A stretch of DNA of 64,000 bases, from positions 81,490-145,489 of the IMG/VR virus record IMGVR_UViG_3300050821_009413; one strand, 5' to 3'. The stretch's first letter is position 1; each line of letters opens with the position of its first letter. The notes under the pieces were generated by a model. That model did no database searches. It had not been told where the DNA came from and saw only the letters and a list, made by a program, of their open reading frames with translations. Below are positions 45,071-54,080 of this stretch, piece after piece. The stretch is from a virus. Its lineage: Duplodnaviria > Heunggongvirae > Uroviricota > Caudoviricetes. A program made the position numbers and the translations under genes.

Positions 45071-45508
45071 TCAGGTCCAGTAGCCACGGTGTTTCCTCAC
45101 GTATTTCGGGGCCACACTGCGGCGGTGCTTGTTGTGTTTCGCTTTTTTGGAGTAGTGCCTGCCGGTGGTGCTGGTTCCGGCGGTGACTTCATGCGAAAAC
45201 GCGGGCGTCAACGCCGCTTGCGCCTCATCAGCCTCGTCCAGCGCGGCGGCTACCGTCGGGTCGTAGTTCGGGTTCGGCGGGCCGCAAACAAACGAACATT
45301 CCCGCTTATGCGCAGCTTTGTACATGTTCCTGTACTCCTCGTAGGTGCTTGACGGTGTGACCGCGTATCGGCTGTACACGCCTTCGTTATGTTCGTCCCA
45401 GCCGTCGCCGTACCGGTCGTCGTACCAGCGTTGGTCGTGTTCGATGCGTTCCTGGCGGATCGCGGCGAATTCGTCTTCGTAGAATCGGTCATACCAGGGC
45501 AAACCCAT
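45071..45508 (-). CDS. hypothetical protein
   Basis: 145 aa, Tyr/Asp/Arg-rich. Confidence 0.4.
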   Translation of the reverse strand: MGLPWYDRFYEDEFAAIRQERIEHDQRWYDDRYGDGWDEHNEGVYSRYAVTPSSTYEEYRNMYKAAHKRECSFVCGPPNPNYDPTVAAALDEADEAQAALTPAFSHEVTAGTSTTGRHYSKKAKHNKHRRSVAPKYVRKHRGYWT

Positions 45509-45815
45509 GGGCTGCTCCCTTCTGCGCGTGGTGGTGTGTGCAGGATCGTTTCGCGTTGGCCAGGGTGTGTGTCCCGGCGATCCACGGCACCTGATCCAGC
45601 CCGCTCCCGTTTTTGCTGAAAAATTGGAGGGTGTAGCTGTTTGGGGTGCGTTTGATCAGGTAGACGCCGTCGCGGACGTGTGTCAGCAACGCGTGCTCGG
45701 CCCAACGGATGTCCCATTCCCAGTTCATGTCCTCGTCCGTACGATGCCGGCGAGCAGGGCGTCGAGGTAGATCATGACCAGGGCTAGGTTCGCGTAAGCG
45801 GCATCGTCCGCCCAT
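45489..45815 (-). CDS. hypothetical protein
   Basis: 108 aa. Confidence 0.35.
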   Translation of the reverse strand: MGGRCRLREPSPGHDLPRRPARRHRTDEDMNWEWDIRWAEHALLTHVRDGVYLIKRTPNSYTLQFFSKNGSGLDQVPWIAGTHTLANAKRSCTHHHAQKGAAHGFALV

Positions 45816-46111
45816 TCGTCTTCAAACCACCGGCAGTAGCATTCGTAGAGCGACCGCAGCGGTGACACGGAACCAAGCGCAACATCTCTGGGCAGTCGTT
45901 CCGGCTCCGGGGCATATATTTCCCCGGTCTCCGTATTCCTCAAGCCTATGACTAGCTCACGGATCAAGACCATCACTTCGTTCAGGTTTTCAACCGCAGT
46001 TCCCTGCCAGACACCGGTCGACCACAGGATGCGGCATTCGTACAGCGCCCGGATCGGAGAAGCGCCGTAACGCCCTTCTGGCGGCAGCTCTGTTAACGGA
46101 ATGTACGGCAT
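45725..46111 (-). CDS. hypothetical protein
   Basis: 128 aa. Confidence 0.4.
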   Translation of the reverse strand: MPYIPLTELPPEGRYGASPIRALYECRILWSTGVWQGTAVENLNEVMVLIRELVIGLRNTETGEIYAPEPERLPRDVALGSVSPLRSLYECYCRWFEDEWADDAAYANLALVMIYLDALLAGIVRTRT

Positions 46112-46311
46112 CAGCTCCCTCCTTCCGCTAACCAGACCTCGCCGACGGGCTTCCTCGCGCTGTACAGGACGTCGCAGTTCACGGTTTCGATACCGATATC
46201 GTCGTTTCCGATACGGCGGGACAACCCGACCAGGATGTCCGCAACTTCACTATCCACGGAGCGGTCAGCGTGCTCAATCAAATCCAGATCGATCTCGATC
46301 ATCAGTTTCAT
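46111..46311 (-). CDS. hypothetical small acidic protein
   Basis: 66 aa, preceded upstream by a composite palindrome element. Confidence 0.4.
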   Translation of the reverse strand: MKLMIEIDLDLIEHADRSVDSEVADILVGLSRRIGNDDIGIETVNCDVLYSARKPVGEVWLAEGGS

Positions 46312-46345
46312 TTATGCTCCTCCCTTTTTCTGCCTTGTTTACGTT

Positions 46346-46410
46346 GTGCGCTGAGCGCATCAGCCAGTGGGCGTTGCATGATGCAACACCCACTGGGGTT
46401 GTACTCAGAA
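46346..46410. repeat. composite nested-palindrome element, copy A
   Basis: GCGCTGAGCGC-ATCAGCCAGTGGGCGTTGCA-TGA-TGCAACACCCACTGGGGTTGTACTCAG; the outer CTGAGC/GCTCAG arms flank the inner 30-bp palindrome. Confidence 0.55.
46373..46387. promoter_or_regulatory. GTTGCA-N3-TGCAAC palindrome upstream of leftward gene 46111-46311
   Basis: gttgcatgatgcaac. Confidence 0.4.
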
Positions 46411-47328
46411 CTACGCCGATCGGGCGCGGCGACGCGGAACCGCAACAGTAACCGCGGTTTCAGCTGCAGGCTTCCTGCCCTTAGCCGGGTGCTTACGCTT
46501 ACTGGAAGCCTTACCGGCGACCATTTCTGCCGTCTTCTCCAGCTTCGCCAGCAGATCGCCCACCTCTTCGGCGGCTGCGGCTTCCTCACGTGGGGTCATC
46601 GGAACGCCGGTCACTTTCGACTCGATCAGTTCCTCAACCCTCGCCGCGTAGGTGTCGACGTGCGCGTCTTCCTCGAAGGAGGCGGTCATGTCGTCCACGA
46701 TGCCGCCCAGGATCTTCACGTACTGCCTACTTGGTGTGACTTCGCGCCGTAACGACTCGAAATCGGCGTTACGCAGATCTTCTGGCCACATCAAGTTCTG
46801 CACGACCAGCACTTTGTTGCCGCGGACCGTTTCGGGCCGCAAAGCCGCTAAGTGTGTTTTGCTGCGCAGCGTATACTGGATGATCCCGGATTTGCCTTTC
46901 TCTTCCAGCACGGCCAGCAGTGTGGCGTACGCTTCCTCGGTCTGCCGGGGGCTGGGGCTGGACAGGTCAGGCTCGAGAAAGTAGCTCTTCTCTGAGAACA
47001 GAGGGTTGATGAGAGCGGTTTCAACGAAATGCTGCACGTCGAGGGTTCTGCCGCAATCCACCTGAACCTGCTCCAGCTCCTCATCTGTCAGCAGGATCGT
47101 TTCGCCGTCGCGTACCACGCCGCGGGTGGTTTCGCCTCGGCAGCTTGCTCCGCAGTCCTCGCAGATGTACGGGGCTTTGATCCGTGACTGGGTGCCGTCG
47201 TCGTGGACGTGGAAACTGTTGAATTCCACGCCCCGGTCGCCGGATGTTGCGTACATTTTGACTGGGCAGCTGACCAGTCCGAGGCTGATCGCGGTGTTCG
47301 CTATCGAACGTGTTGGTGTTGGTGCCAT
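46411..47328 (-). CDS. ku: Ku-like DNA end-binding protein
   Basis: The N-terminus NTAISLGLVSCPVKMYATSGDRGVEFNSFH is a typical bacterial Ku core, about 300 aa, with a basic Lys/Arg C-terminal tail. Confidence 0.8.
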   Translation of the reverse strand: MAPTPTRSIANTAISLGLVSCPVKMYATSGDRGVEFNSFHVHDDGTQSRIKAPYICEDCGASCRGETTRGVVRDGETILLTDEELEQVQVDCGRTLDVQHFVETALINPLFSEKSYFLEPDLSSPSPRQTEEAYATLLAVLEEKGKSGIIQYTLRSKTHLAALRPETVRGNKVLVVQNLMWPEDLRNADFESLRREVTPSRQYVKILGGIVDDMTASFEEDAHVDTYAARVEELIESKVTGVPMTPREEAAAAEEVGDLLAKLEKTAEMVAGKASSKRKHPAKGRKPAAETAVTVAVPRRRARSA

Positions 47329-47601
47329 GTGTTTTCTCCTTCCATAATACTAATTATACGCCATCTGGCTAGTATAATCAAGTCACAATATCCACGTCTA
47401 TTTCGTGCGATTCGACAGTGGTGGTGCGGCCAGCGCCCGGACTGGTTTGCAGCTGCAAATACCGCGGAAGCGGCGTGCCGCGCTCCCACTCCTCGGCCCA
47501 CTCCCACGCCGCTTCTTCGTCGGTGAACACTTCCGAACCGAACCCGTCAACCACGGGCGGTTTGTCGTCAATAACCCAGGTGACCGTCCAAACGGTGACT
47601 T

Positions 47602-48096
47602 TCATCGCAGTGTGGTCCCCGGCCCAGGCCTGACGCCGCAAGCACGCACCTTGCCGTCCGTCCCCATATGCACATGAGACGCGGACGTTACCGGCGCATG
47701 CTGGTATGTTCCCGCCGGCGCATCGCAGAAAAACACCGAAAACTGCGGCACCTGGTACGGGTTGTACCAGATGAGCGCGTCCAGCCCGGTCGGGTTCGCG
47801 ATCCAATCATGGTCGGGTGCTAGTTCGCCGATGATCCATGCGTGGACGTTTTTGCGCCGTTCACGCAGGACACGTTGCCTGCCGTTCTCGCTCACCACGA
47901 ACCTGGCGTTATACAAGGCGATGCTGTCGGCGTGCGCGATCACCTTACCCGCGTCCGGACCGTACACAGCCGTGATCGACCAACACTCAGGGGAGCTGAT
48001 CTTACGGTGCACTTTCACAAAATCCACCATTGAACGACCGCGGAAAGGCCGCACGTTCAGTGACCGCGACGTATCCACATCAGAGGTATCCATCAT
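47602..48096 (-). CDS. hypothetical protein
   Basis: 164 aa. Confidence 0.4.
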   Translation of the reverse strand: MMDTSDVDTSRSLNVRPFRGRSMVDFVKVHRKISSPECWSITAVYGPDAGKVIAHADSIALYNARFVVSENGRQRVLRERRKNVHAWIIGELAPDHDWIANPTGLDALIWYNPYQVPQFSVFFCDAPAGTYQHAPVTSASHVHMGTDGKVRACGVRPGPGTTLR

Positions 48097-48257
48097 TTCC
48101 GTTCCTTTCGTTATCCCAGCGACGCCTGCAACAGGCCGCCGCGTATTCGCATCCGTTCGAGCAGTAATCCGATCCCGGTAAGCAAACGAATATTTTGCAC
48201 ACTGCGCATTTAGGCGGTCTGGGCGGCGCTATCGGTGCCGGCTTCACGTTGTTCCTC

Positions 48258-48395
48258 TCTCTAGTGTTCCAGGATTATTCGTTGTCGTTTTTTCGGGCAC
48301 CGCTGACACTCGTCGGTGTAGCGGGTGTAGATACCAGGAAAGTCGATTTCGGTCACCCAGTCGTGCCCACGGAACAGGCACAAGAGCCTACGAAT
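48258..48395 (-). CDS. possible small Cys/His protein (45 aa)
   Basis: Hand-translated MIRRLLCLFRGHDWVTEIDFPGIYTRYTDECQRCPKKRQRIILEH, below the ORF-track cutoff and downstream of a palindrome copy. Confidence 0.25.
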
Positions 48396-48414
48396 CATCG
48401 TTATCCTTTCAAGT

Positions 48415-48486
48415 CATGCGTTCAGCTGAGCGCATCAGCCAACAGACGTTGCAAGATGCAACGCCCGCTGGAGTCATACTCAGATG
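48415..48486. repeat. composite nested-palindrome element, copy B
   Basis: CAGCTGAGCGCATCAGCCAACAGACGTTGCAAGATGCAACGCCCGCTGGAGTCATACTCAG. Confidence 0.55.
48448..48462. promoter_or_regulatory. GTTGCA-N3-TGCAAC palindrome
   Basis: gttgcaagatgcaac. Confidence 0.4.
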
Positions 48487-48698
48487 TGTTGGAGGCCCGG
48501 CGCAGGAGTTCGCTACGTTCGCGCTCACATGTCCTACAAGCGCGGTAACGGTCATTGCGCCCTTTGCTTCACTGTGCCCTTGAAAATCACTAGCGCCAGC
48601 AAGGCTGCTCGGTGAAATTTTCGCAGTATCCCCGGGAACAAAAATGAACAAACAAACCAGGGCAGTACGCTTAACGCCAGGCCTCCAAGTTCCCTTTC

Positions 48699-49037
48699 CT
48701 ATTGGTTTACAGCCGGGATGATCTGATATATGCCGCCGGCCTCTTCCCATTCGGCGGTTTCTCGTGCCGTCCGCTGTTTTTCCCGCCGTTCCTGCATGTA
48801 TACGCGTTCGGCTTCCCGGCACACATCACAATCGCACTGATATGTGGTATATCCGGTTAGCCCGTGCTTCTCCGGTGGACACTCTGTGCGTGCCCGCCAT
48901 TCCGCGATCTTAGTGTTGCGGCGTTTCTTCTGGCATTTGGATGAGCAGGTGATTGGTGGTGCGCCGGGTCGGCGTTCCACCGTGAACACGTCGTTGCAGA
49001 CCACGCACACGCGGGTCTTGGGCCACTTCCGCTTACC
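48699..49037 (-). CDS. zinc-finger protein
   Basis: The internal start MGKRKWPKTRVCVVCND...CSSKCQKKRRN...CDCDVC gives several Cys pairs. Confidence 0.4.
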   Translation of the reverse strand, partial: GKRKWPKTRVCVVCNDVFTVERRPGAPPITCSSKCQKKRRNTKIAEWRARTECPPEKHGLTGYTTYQCDCDVCREAERVYMQERREKQRTARETAEWEEAGGIYQIIPAVNQ

Positions 49038-49409
49038 CATCGTAGGCCAGCCGTGTTGCTGCCACGTCGAAAGCGTGTGTCGCCTGCCCCAGCCGGTATT
49101 CCCGGCAGTCATCGCACCAGCAGTCGAGGTCGGCCAGGTAGCCGCGTGCACAGTTAGCGTCAGCGGGCTGCATGTCGGCCAGCGGACGGCCAAAGATCCG
49201 CGCCGCACAACGGCTATCCATCACACCTATTTTCTTCCAACTCGATGAGGTATTCGACAGCGATAGCCAGGTTGGCTACGGCGGCGAAAGGGCTGCCCAG
49301 GTTCTCACGGGCGGTGGTGTGGAACTGGCGTGCCTGATGCACCAGGTACTTGTTGGTCACGCTGTCTCCGTCTTTCTTCATCGCTTCAATCCTATCTCGT
49401 CAAGTCACT

Positions 49410-49727
49410 TCAGTCGAGGCCGAGGATTCTGGCTGTCGCTAGTTTGTCCTCGGCCCGATCCGCCGCCATCAGAGTGTACTGTTCACCGTCGAAAAGCCAC
49501 GGTACGCGGCAGTCGATGCGGCTACGCCGGTCGATGGGCCTGCCGAGCACGGACTCAACCCAGTCCTTGCCGCGGCGTTCGATCACACTCAACGCCGTTT
49601 GCAGCACATAAGGATCAACGAACCGTGCCCTGGATCGGTGGCCGTGCGCCCGCAGCTCCACCAGCGCCCGTTCGGGGAGTCTGGTCCTGCCGGTGTCGGG
49701 TGCCGGTTTTTCATGCCGTCGCGGCAT
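49410..49727 (-). CDS. hypothetical protein
   Basis: 105 aa. Confidence 0.4.
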   Translation of the reverse strand: MPRRHEKPAPDTGRTRLPERALVELRAHGHRSRARFVDPYVLQTALSVIERRGKDWVESVLGRPIDRRSRIDCRVPWLFDGEQYTLMAADRAEDKLATARILGLD

Positions 49728-50142
49728 GTCTTTGTCCTTTCAGCATGAAGCCGACTAATGCTACCGCGTCAGCTTGGGTTTCCATGCGCCCGTAGTCGTC
49801 GCGGTCGTCGCCCCAGGTGGTCTCTTCCACATACCATGGGCGTTCGTCCGCGCCGAGGATGTCGTTGGCGGGGCTGGACGGGAACCGTTCGATGCGGAAC
49901 TTGCGTTGCCGCTGCTCAACCCACACCACGGGCAGTTTCTTCACCCAAACGGCGGGTAGGTTAGCGACCGCTCCTTTCGGTGTGCGCTCCGTGAACGTCG
50001 GTAACGGTAGGTAGTCCCCGAACGGGTCCACAACCTCAATTCCGGTGTCCTTGATCCTGGTCCATGTGGTGTCCAGTTGGCGGCTGCGCCGGAACAGCGC
50101 CCGTCCGGCGGCGTGCATCGGCGGCAAACTCATCAGTCCCAT
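49711..50142 (-). CDS. hypothetical protein
   Basis: The start was chosen at MGLMSLPP after the RBS GAAAGGA. The longer ORF runs into the palindrome element. Confidence 0.4.
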   Translation of the reverse strand: MGLMSLPPMHAAGRALFRRSRQLDTTWTRIKDTGIEVVDPFGDYLPLPTFTERTPKGAVANLPAVWVKKLPVVWVEQRQRKFRIERFPSSPANDILGADERPWYVEETTWGDDRDDYGRMETQADAVALVGFMLKGQRHAATA

Positions 50143-50170
50143 TTGTTGTTCCTTTCTGTTGTGTTGGTTC

Positions 50171-50245
50171 TGCGCGCTGAGCGCATCATCCAGCGGGTGT
50201 TGCAAGATGCAACACCCGCTGGGGTTGTGCTCAGATCATTCAGCG
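50171..50245. repeat. composite nested-palindrome element, copy C
   Basis: GCGCTGAGCGCATCATCCAGCGGGTGTTGCAAGATGCAACACCCGCTGGGGTTGTGCTCAG; the inner 32 bp form a perfect inverted repeat. Confidence 0.55.
50199..50213. promoter_or_regulatory. GTTGCA-N3-TGCAAC palindrome upstream of gene 49711-50142
   Basis: gttgcaagatgcaac. Confidence 0.4.
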
Positions 50246-51354
50246 GGGATGGCTTCGACCGCTAGCTGCGCGGCCCGGATCCGTTCGTCGCTTTCGTGTT
50301 TCAGTTCGGCTAGTTGCCTCGCGAGTTCCTCGACGTCGAGTTCGCCCGAGTTGTGTCGCCACTTCTCGTACTCGGCGGCGTCCTCCCGCGCCCAACGTTC
50401 GGCGTCAGGGTCGGTGGCTTCGGCTTCGAGCCGGCCTTCCCACGCGTCTCGTTCGGCCCGGTCAGGTACCCAGCACTGGCAGGTCTCGACGGTTTCGGTG
50501 CAGTCCATGCACAGTTCGCATCGGTCGCAGAATCCGCGTGAGTCGATCAGTCCCTCTTCGCACCAATCGCAAATGTTCCAGCCGCCTTCTTTCTTGTCGT
50601 CGCCGACCGCCATTTCGTCGTCGTACGGGTCGTTGCCGTCGTCCGCGGTGCCTTTGCCGGTTTTTCTGTTGCCGATAATGATCGGCCAGTCGTCATCGTC
50701 CCAGCCGCTGGCACCGTAACCGTAGCCGTACATGCCGATACCGGAGGATGCGGACCTGGAATAGCGGTAGTAGGCGCGCTTGTAGTCACCGTTTGAATGC
50801 CAAATCCCCGTTTCAGGGTCCCACTGCCCCAGCGGCTCGTTGATGATGTACGCCGAGTACTCATACTGCGGGGCGACGGTGAGGATGACCAGCTTGTTGC
50901 CGGTGCCGCAGAACTGCGTCAACGCTTTCTGCACCCCGGCCTTGTCGAGGTTTTTGAATTGGGTCGGCAGGATTTCGTCGGCGAAAACCCGCGTGTCCGA
51001 GCGATCGTCGGCCTTGGACCACGGCTGCGCGGACGGTTGGGTGAACACCCCGTTGTGCCCGACTACGGTCAGCTCGCAGTCGCCCACCACGAACGGGTGA
51101 ACGTTGTCGAGTTTGATGCTGCCGTGCGTGGCCCACCTCGAGTGGAACAACGCGGGGCCGAGCATGTTCTCTTCCCGCGCGGCCTTGAAATCCCTGATCG
51201 CTGTTTCTATCCACAGCGATTTGCCTGTGATGATTTTTGTTCCGCAGTCAGCGACGATCGCCCAGCCGTGACCGTCTGGGTTGTTTCTACCGCCGTTGGT
51301 GAGGCCTTTTTCGTCCACCGCAGTGTTCGGTGGCAGATAACTTAACATGCACAT
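50236..51354 (-). CDS. Ntn-hydrolase / class-II glutamine amidotransferase-like protein with C-terminal Cys-rich zinc module
   Basis: It starts MCMLSY with a Cys2 nucleophile. The module HGWAI...HSRWATHG...NVHPF is present. The C-terminus carries CDWCEEGLIDSRGFCDRCELCMDCTETVETCQCW. Confidence 0.65.
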   Translation of the reverse strand: MCMLSYLPPNTAVDEKGLTNGGRNNPDGHGWAIVADCGTKIITGKSLWIETAIRDFKAAREENMLGPALFHSRWATHGSIKLDNVHPFVVGDCELTVVGHNGVFTQPSAQPWSKADDRSDTRVFADEILPTQFKNLDKAGVQKALTQFCGTGNKLVILTVAPQYEYSAYIINEPLGQWDPETGIWHSNGDYKRAYYRYSRSASSGIGMYGYGYGASGWDDDDWPIIIGNRKTGKGTADDGNDPYDDEMAVGDDKKEGGWNICDWCEEGLIDSRGFCDRCELCMDCTETVETCQCWVPDRAERDAWEGRLEAEATDPDAERWAREDAAEYEKWRHNSGELDVEELARQLAELKHESDERIRAAQLAVEAIPAE

Positions 51355-51424
51355 ATTTGTGTGCTCCTTCCCGGTACTAGATGTACCGCCGTAAAAAAGA
51401 ATGTTTTGTTGATGTATGCGCCTT

Positions 51425-52825
51425 TTAGCCGAGCGTTACCCAGTTCGTGGCCCCAGCGGCAGTGAGTCGCTCGCGTTCACCGTTGCCGTCCACGATGTAG
51501 TAGTAGTTGCCAGCCAAGTTGAACCGAATCTCGTCCGAACGGCGGCGGCGGGGCCGAGGCTCCGGCGGGGACCACCTGTTCAGCGGCTCCTTCTTACCGG
51601 TCAACAACTGCGGAGGCGCGAGCCGCATAATCTCGGTGTACAAGTGCTTGTAGTTACGCCGTTGCACCCAGTCAGTGAAATGCCGCCACGTCAACGCGTT
51701 GCGGCGCAACACGTCAGCGGTCGTCATGTTCTCGGTGTAGCGCACCGACGCGTCAGCGAACTCCAACGCCGCCATGAACTCCGGGTACTTAAGTGTGGCT
51801 TTGAAGAACCGCAACTCGAACGTCCGTTCGTTGTTGCAGTTCACCGCAACATAACGGGAGTCGTTGTAGCGGTCACCAACATCGGTGGCTTTGCGCTTCA
51901 ACTCACCAGACACCGGTTTGCGGAACGCCGCGTAGCGTTCCGAGGTGCGCCGCGCCAACAGTTCCAACTCCCGGGCGTGCCGGTACATGAACAGCAGCCA
52001 CAGCATTTGATGCGACTTCGACTGCTTCCCGTCGTGGATGAACGCGTTGCGGGAAACGTGGACATGCAAACCGTAATGGTCGTCCACCCGGCAACGGACA
52101 CGGCGCAGCGAGGCCAGCAGTTCCTCGAACGGGTACTGGCGGGCGAACTGCAACGTCATCGGATGCGTCACAATCTCGGCACCGGAGATGGACCCGTCTT
52201 CCTTGAGGTAGAGGTGGGTCTCGTCGGCGTCAACGGTGCGTGTTGTTTCGGCGATGATCTGGCCGCGGCGTCCGCCGACTTCCAGTTCGACGCCGAGCAG
52301 CGCTTCAGCCGGGTAGTTCCCTTTCGGTTTGAAGTGCCGCGGTCGGTAGTTCCATGCGTGGATACCATAGTTGCCTGCCGCGTAGGCGCGGTCACGCCGA
52401 CTTGAACTGTCGGCGCAAGGCCCGCACGTGGCGCAGTTGTAGGTGTCGCATTCCTCGCAGTGAGTGCATTCGTCGCGGTTGTACGCGCCGCCGCAATTGT
52501 GGCAGATCACTTCAGGGCGTCGTGGCACAGTGCGTCTCCTTTCTTCTGTTCGTAAGCGCGTTCCCAGCAGTATTGCTGCCGCGTTGGTGAGACGGTTAGG
52601 GGTACTTATGACCGCCGCAGTTTCATCTGCCAGTGCAGATGTCCAGCACGTGCATTCGATGCTTGCTTCGCCGCAGTCGTTGCAGGTGTTACAGTTGTTG
52701 CAGTAGCCTGCGGGGATAATCTCGCCCATCCCGCAGTACGCGCAGCAATTAGCATCTGCCACCGGCTCCCACGGCCAGCCCCAGATGCTTCTGCTTGAGC
52801 GCGGCGTTATCCCTATCTCTGGCAT
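51425..52825 (-). CDS. amidoligase (glutamine-synthetase/GCS2-like, Amidoligase_2-type) with N-terminal Cys-rich zinc module
   Basis: It shares HLYLKEDGSISGAEIVTHPMTLQFARQYPF...GLHVHVSRNAF...LWLLFMYRH...FELRFFKATL with two paralogs. The start was chosen at 52825 after an AAGGAG RBS. Confidence 0.6.
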   Translation of the reverse strand: MPEIGITPRSSRSIWGWPWEPVADANCCAYCGMGEIIPAGYCNNCNTCNDCGEASIECTCWTSALADETAAVISTPNRLTNAAAILLGTRLRTEERRRTVPRRPEVICHNCGGAYNRDECTHCEECDTYNCATCGPCADSSSRRDRAYAAGNYGIHAWNYRPRHFKPKGNYPAEALLGVELEVGGRRGQIIAETTRTVDADETHLYLKEDGSISGAEIVTHPMTLQFARQYPFEELLASLRRVRCRVDDHYGLHVHVSRNAFIHDGKQSKSHQMLWLLFMYRHARELELLARRTSERYAAFRKPVSGELKRKATDVGDRYNDSRYVAVNCNNERTFELRFFKATLKYPEFMAALEFADASVRYTENMTTADVLRRNALTWRHFTDWVQRRNYKHLYTEIMRLAPPQLLTGKKEPLNRWSPPEPRPRRRRSDEIRFNLAGNYYYIVDGNGERERLTAAGATNWVTLG

Positions 52826-53125
52826 AGCACTTAGTTTCTCCTTTCCCCTGGTCGGTCGGATCAATGTTGAACCGGGAGATTGTTCCTCCTGGAAGCGCCG
52901 GAACGAAGACGGACACAACACGTCGCACCGCTCTGACGCTTTCAGCAGGACCGGGCATTACTGCCCGGCCTCACCGGATCGCTTCAGTTACACAACGATC
53001 AGGAACACAGCTGCAACCATGACGACGACGATCGCCGCCAAGATTGACCAGCCGATAAGTTTCCCGAGTTGATCTATCGGGTTGTCAGTTCCCTGCGCCA
53101 TACCCGTTCTCCTTCCCTGTTGTTG

Positions 53126-54049
53126 TTAGGCGGGGAGTTCCACGCTGTGCGCGGCTTTCATCGCCTCGTAAGCGCGTTCCCAGCAGTCGCAGTCGTCGTT
53201 CTGGAGCTTGCCGCAGTCCTGGCAGGTTTCGCAGAATTTGCAGTAACCCATCTTGTTGACCTCGCCCATCCCGCAGAACGCGCAACGCCAATCCAGTTCA
53301 TCGGCGCTGCTGCCGATGAACACCTCCGCGGATTCCTCCGCCGATTTGGCCACATTGGCACCCATCATGCCGTCTTCCTGCTTGATCCACGTTTTCGTCG
53401 CCGAGTCATAAACATGAACCCCGTTCCTCGCCGAGACCGTCGCCTTAGATTTCGACTGGTTACGCAGCCACCGCGGCAACGCCTCCCGATAATCGGAGTT
53501 CGAATGCCACAAACCGGTTTCTTGGTCCCACTCGCCCAGTGACGCGTTAATAAGGTACGCGCTGGACTGGTAACGCGGGTCGACGGTGAGGATGGCCAGC
53601 TTGTTGCCCAAACCGCACCACTTCGTCAACTCCTTTTGGACACTAATTTTGTCCAGGTTCGCGAACCTGCCGGGCAGCACTTCGTCGGCGAACTTCCTGG
53701 TGTCTGAACGGTCATCACCCTTCAATGGCTGCGCCTCAGGTTTAGTGAGGATACCGTTGTGCGCGACCACCGTTTTGTGGCTCCCGCCGACGATGAACGG
53801 ATGAACGTTGCTGACGCTGACGCTGCCGTGCGTGGCCAGCCGCGAATGGAACAACGCCGCACCATCATATTTTCGGCGGGCTTTGATGAAACTCTCCAAC
53901 GCAACCTCAACTTTGAGGTCGCGGCCCATGATTATCATCTCTTTGTGGGCGATGGCCCAGCCGGACCCGTGTGGATTGGAGATGCCGCCGTTCAGCAGGC
54001 CGTCTTCGTCCACATCGTGGCCCGGCGGAAGGTAACTCAACATACACAT
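53126..54049 (-). CDS. Ntn-hydrolase / class-II glutamine amidotransferase-like protein (paralog) with C-terminal Cys-rich zinc module
   Basis: MCMLSYLPPGHD...HGSGWAIA...HSRLATHG closely parallels 50236-51354. The C-terminus carries CAFCGMGEVNKMGYCKFCETCQDCGKLQNDDCDCW. Confidence 0.65.
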   Translation of the reverse strand: MCMLSYLPPGHDVDEDGLLNGGISNPHGSGWAIAHKEMIIMGRDLKVEVALESFIKARRKYDGAALFHSRLATHGSVSVSNVHPFIVGGSHKTVVAHNGILTKPEAQPLKGDDRSDTRKFADEVLPGRFANLDKISVQKELTKWCGLGNKLAILTVDPRYQSSAYLINASLGEWDQETGLWHSNSDYREALPRWLRNQSKSKATVSARNGVHVYDSATKTWIKQEDGMMGANVAKSAEESAEVFIGSSADELDWRCAFCGMGEVNKMGYCKFCETCQDCGKLQNDDCDCWERAYEAMKAAHSVELPA

Positions 54050-54080
54050 ATAGGTGCCTCCGTTCGTTTTGTTCTAGGTG

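Noticed and set aside
46308-50265. Short ORFs containing peptides such as CKMQRPL, MQHPLGL, CCKMQHPLGLCSD around 46.3, 48.4 and 50.2 kb
   Set aside because: These arise from translating the palindromic GTTGCAAGATGCAAC repeat element in either direction. They are repeat-generated, not genes.
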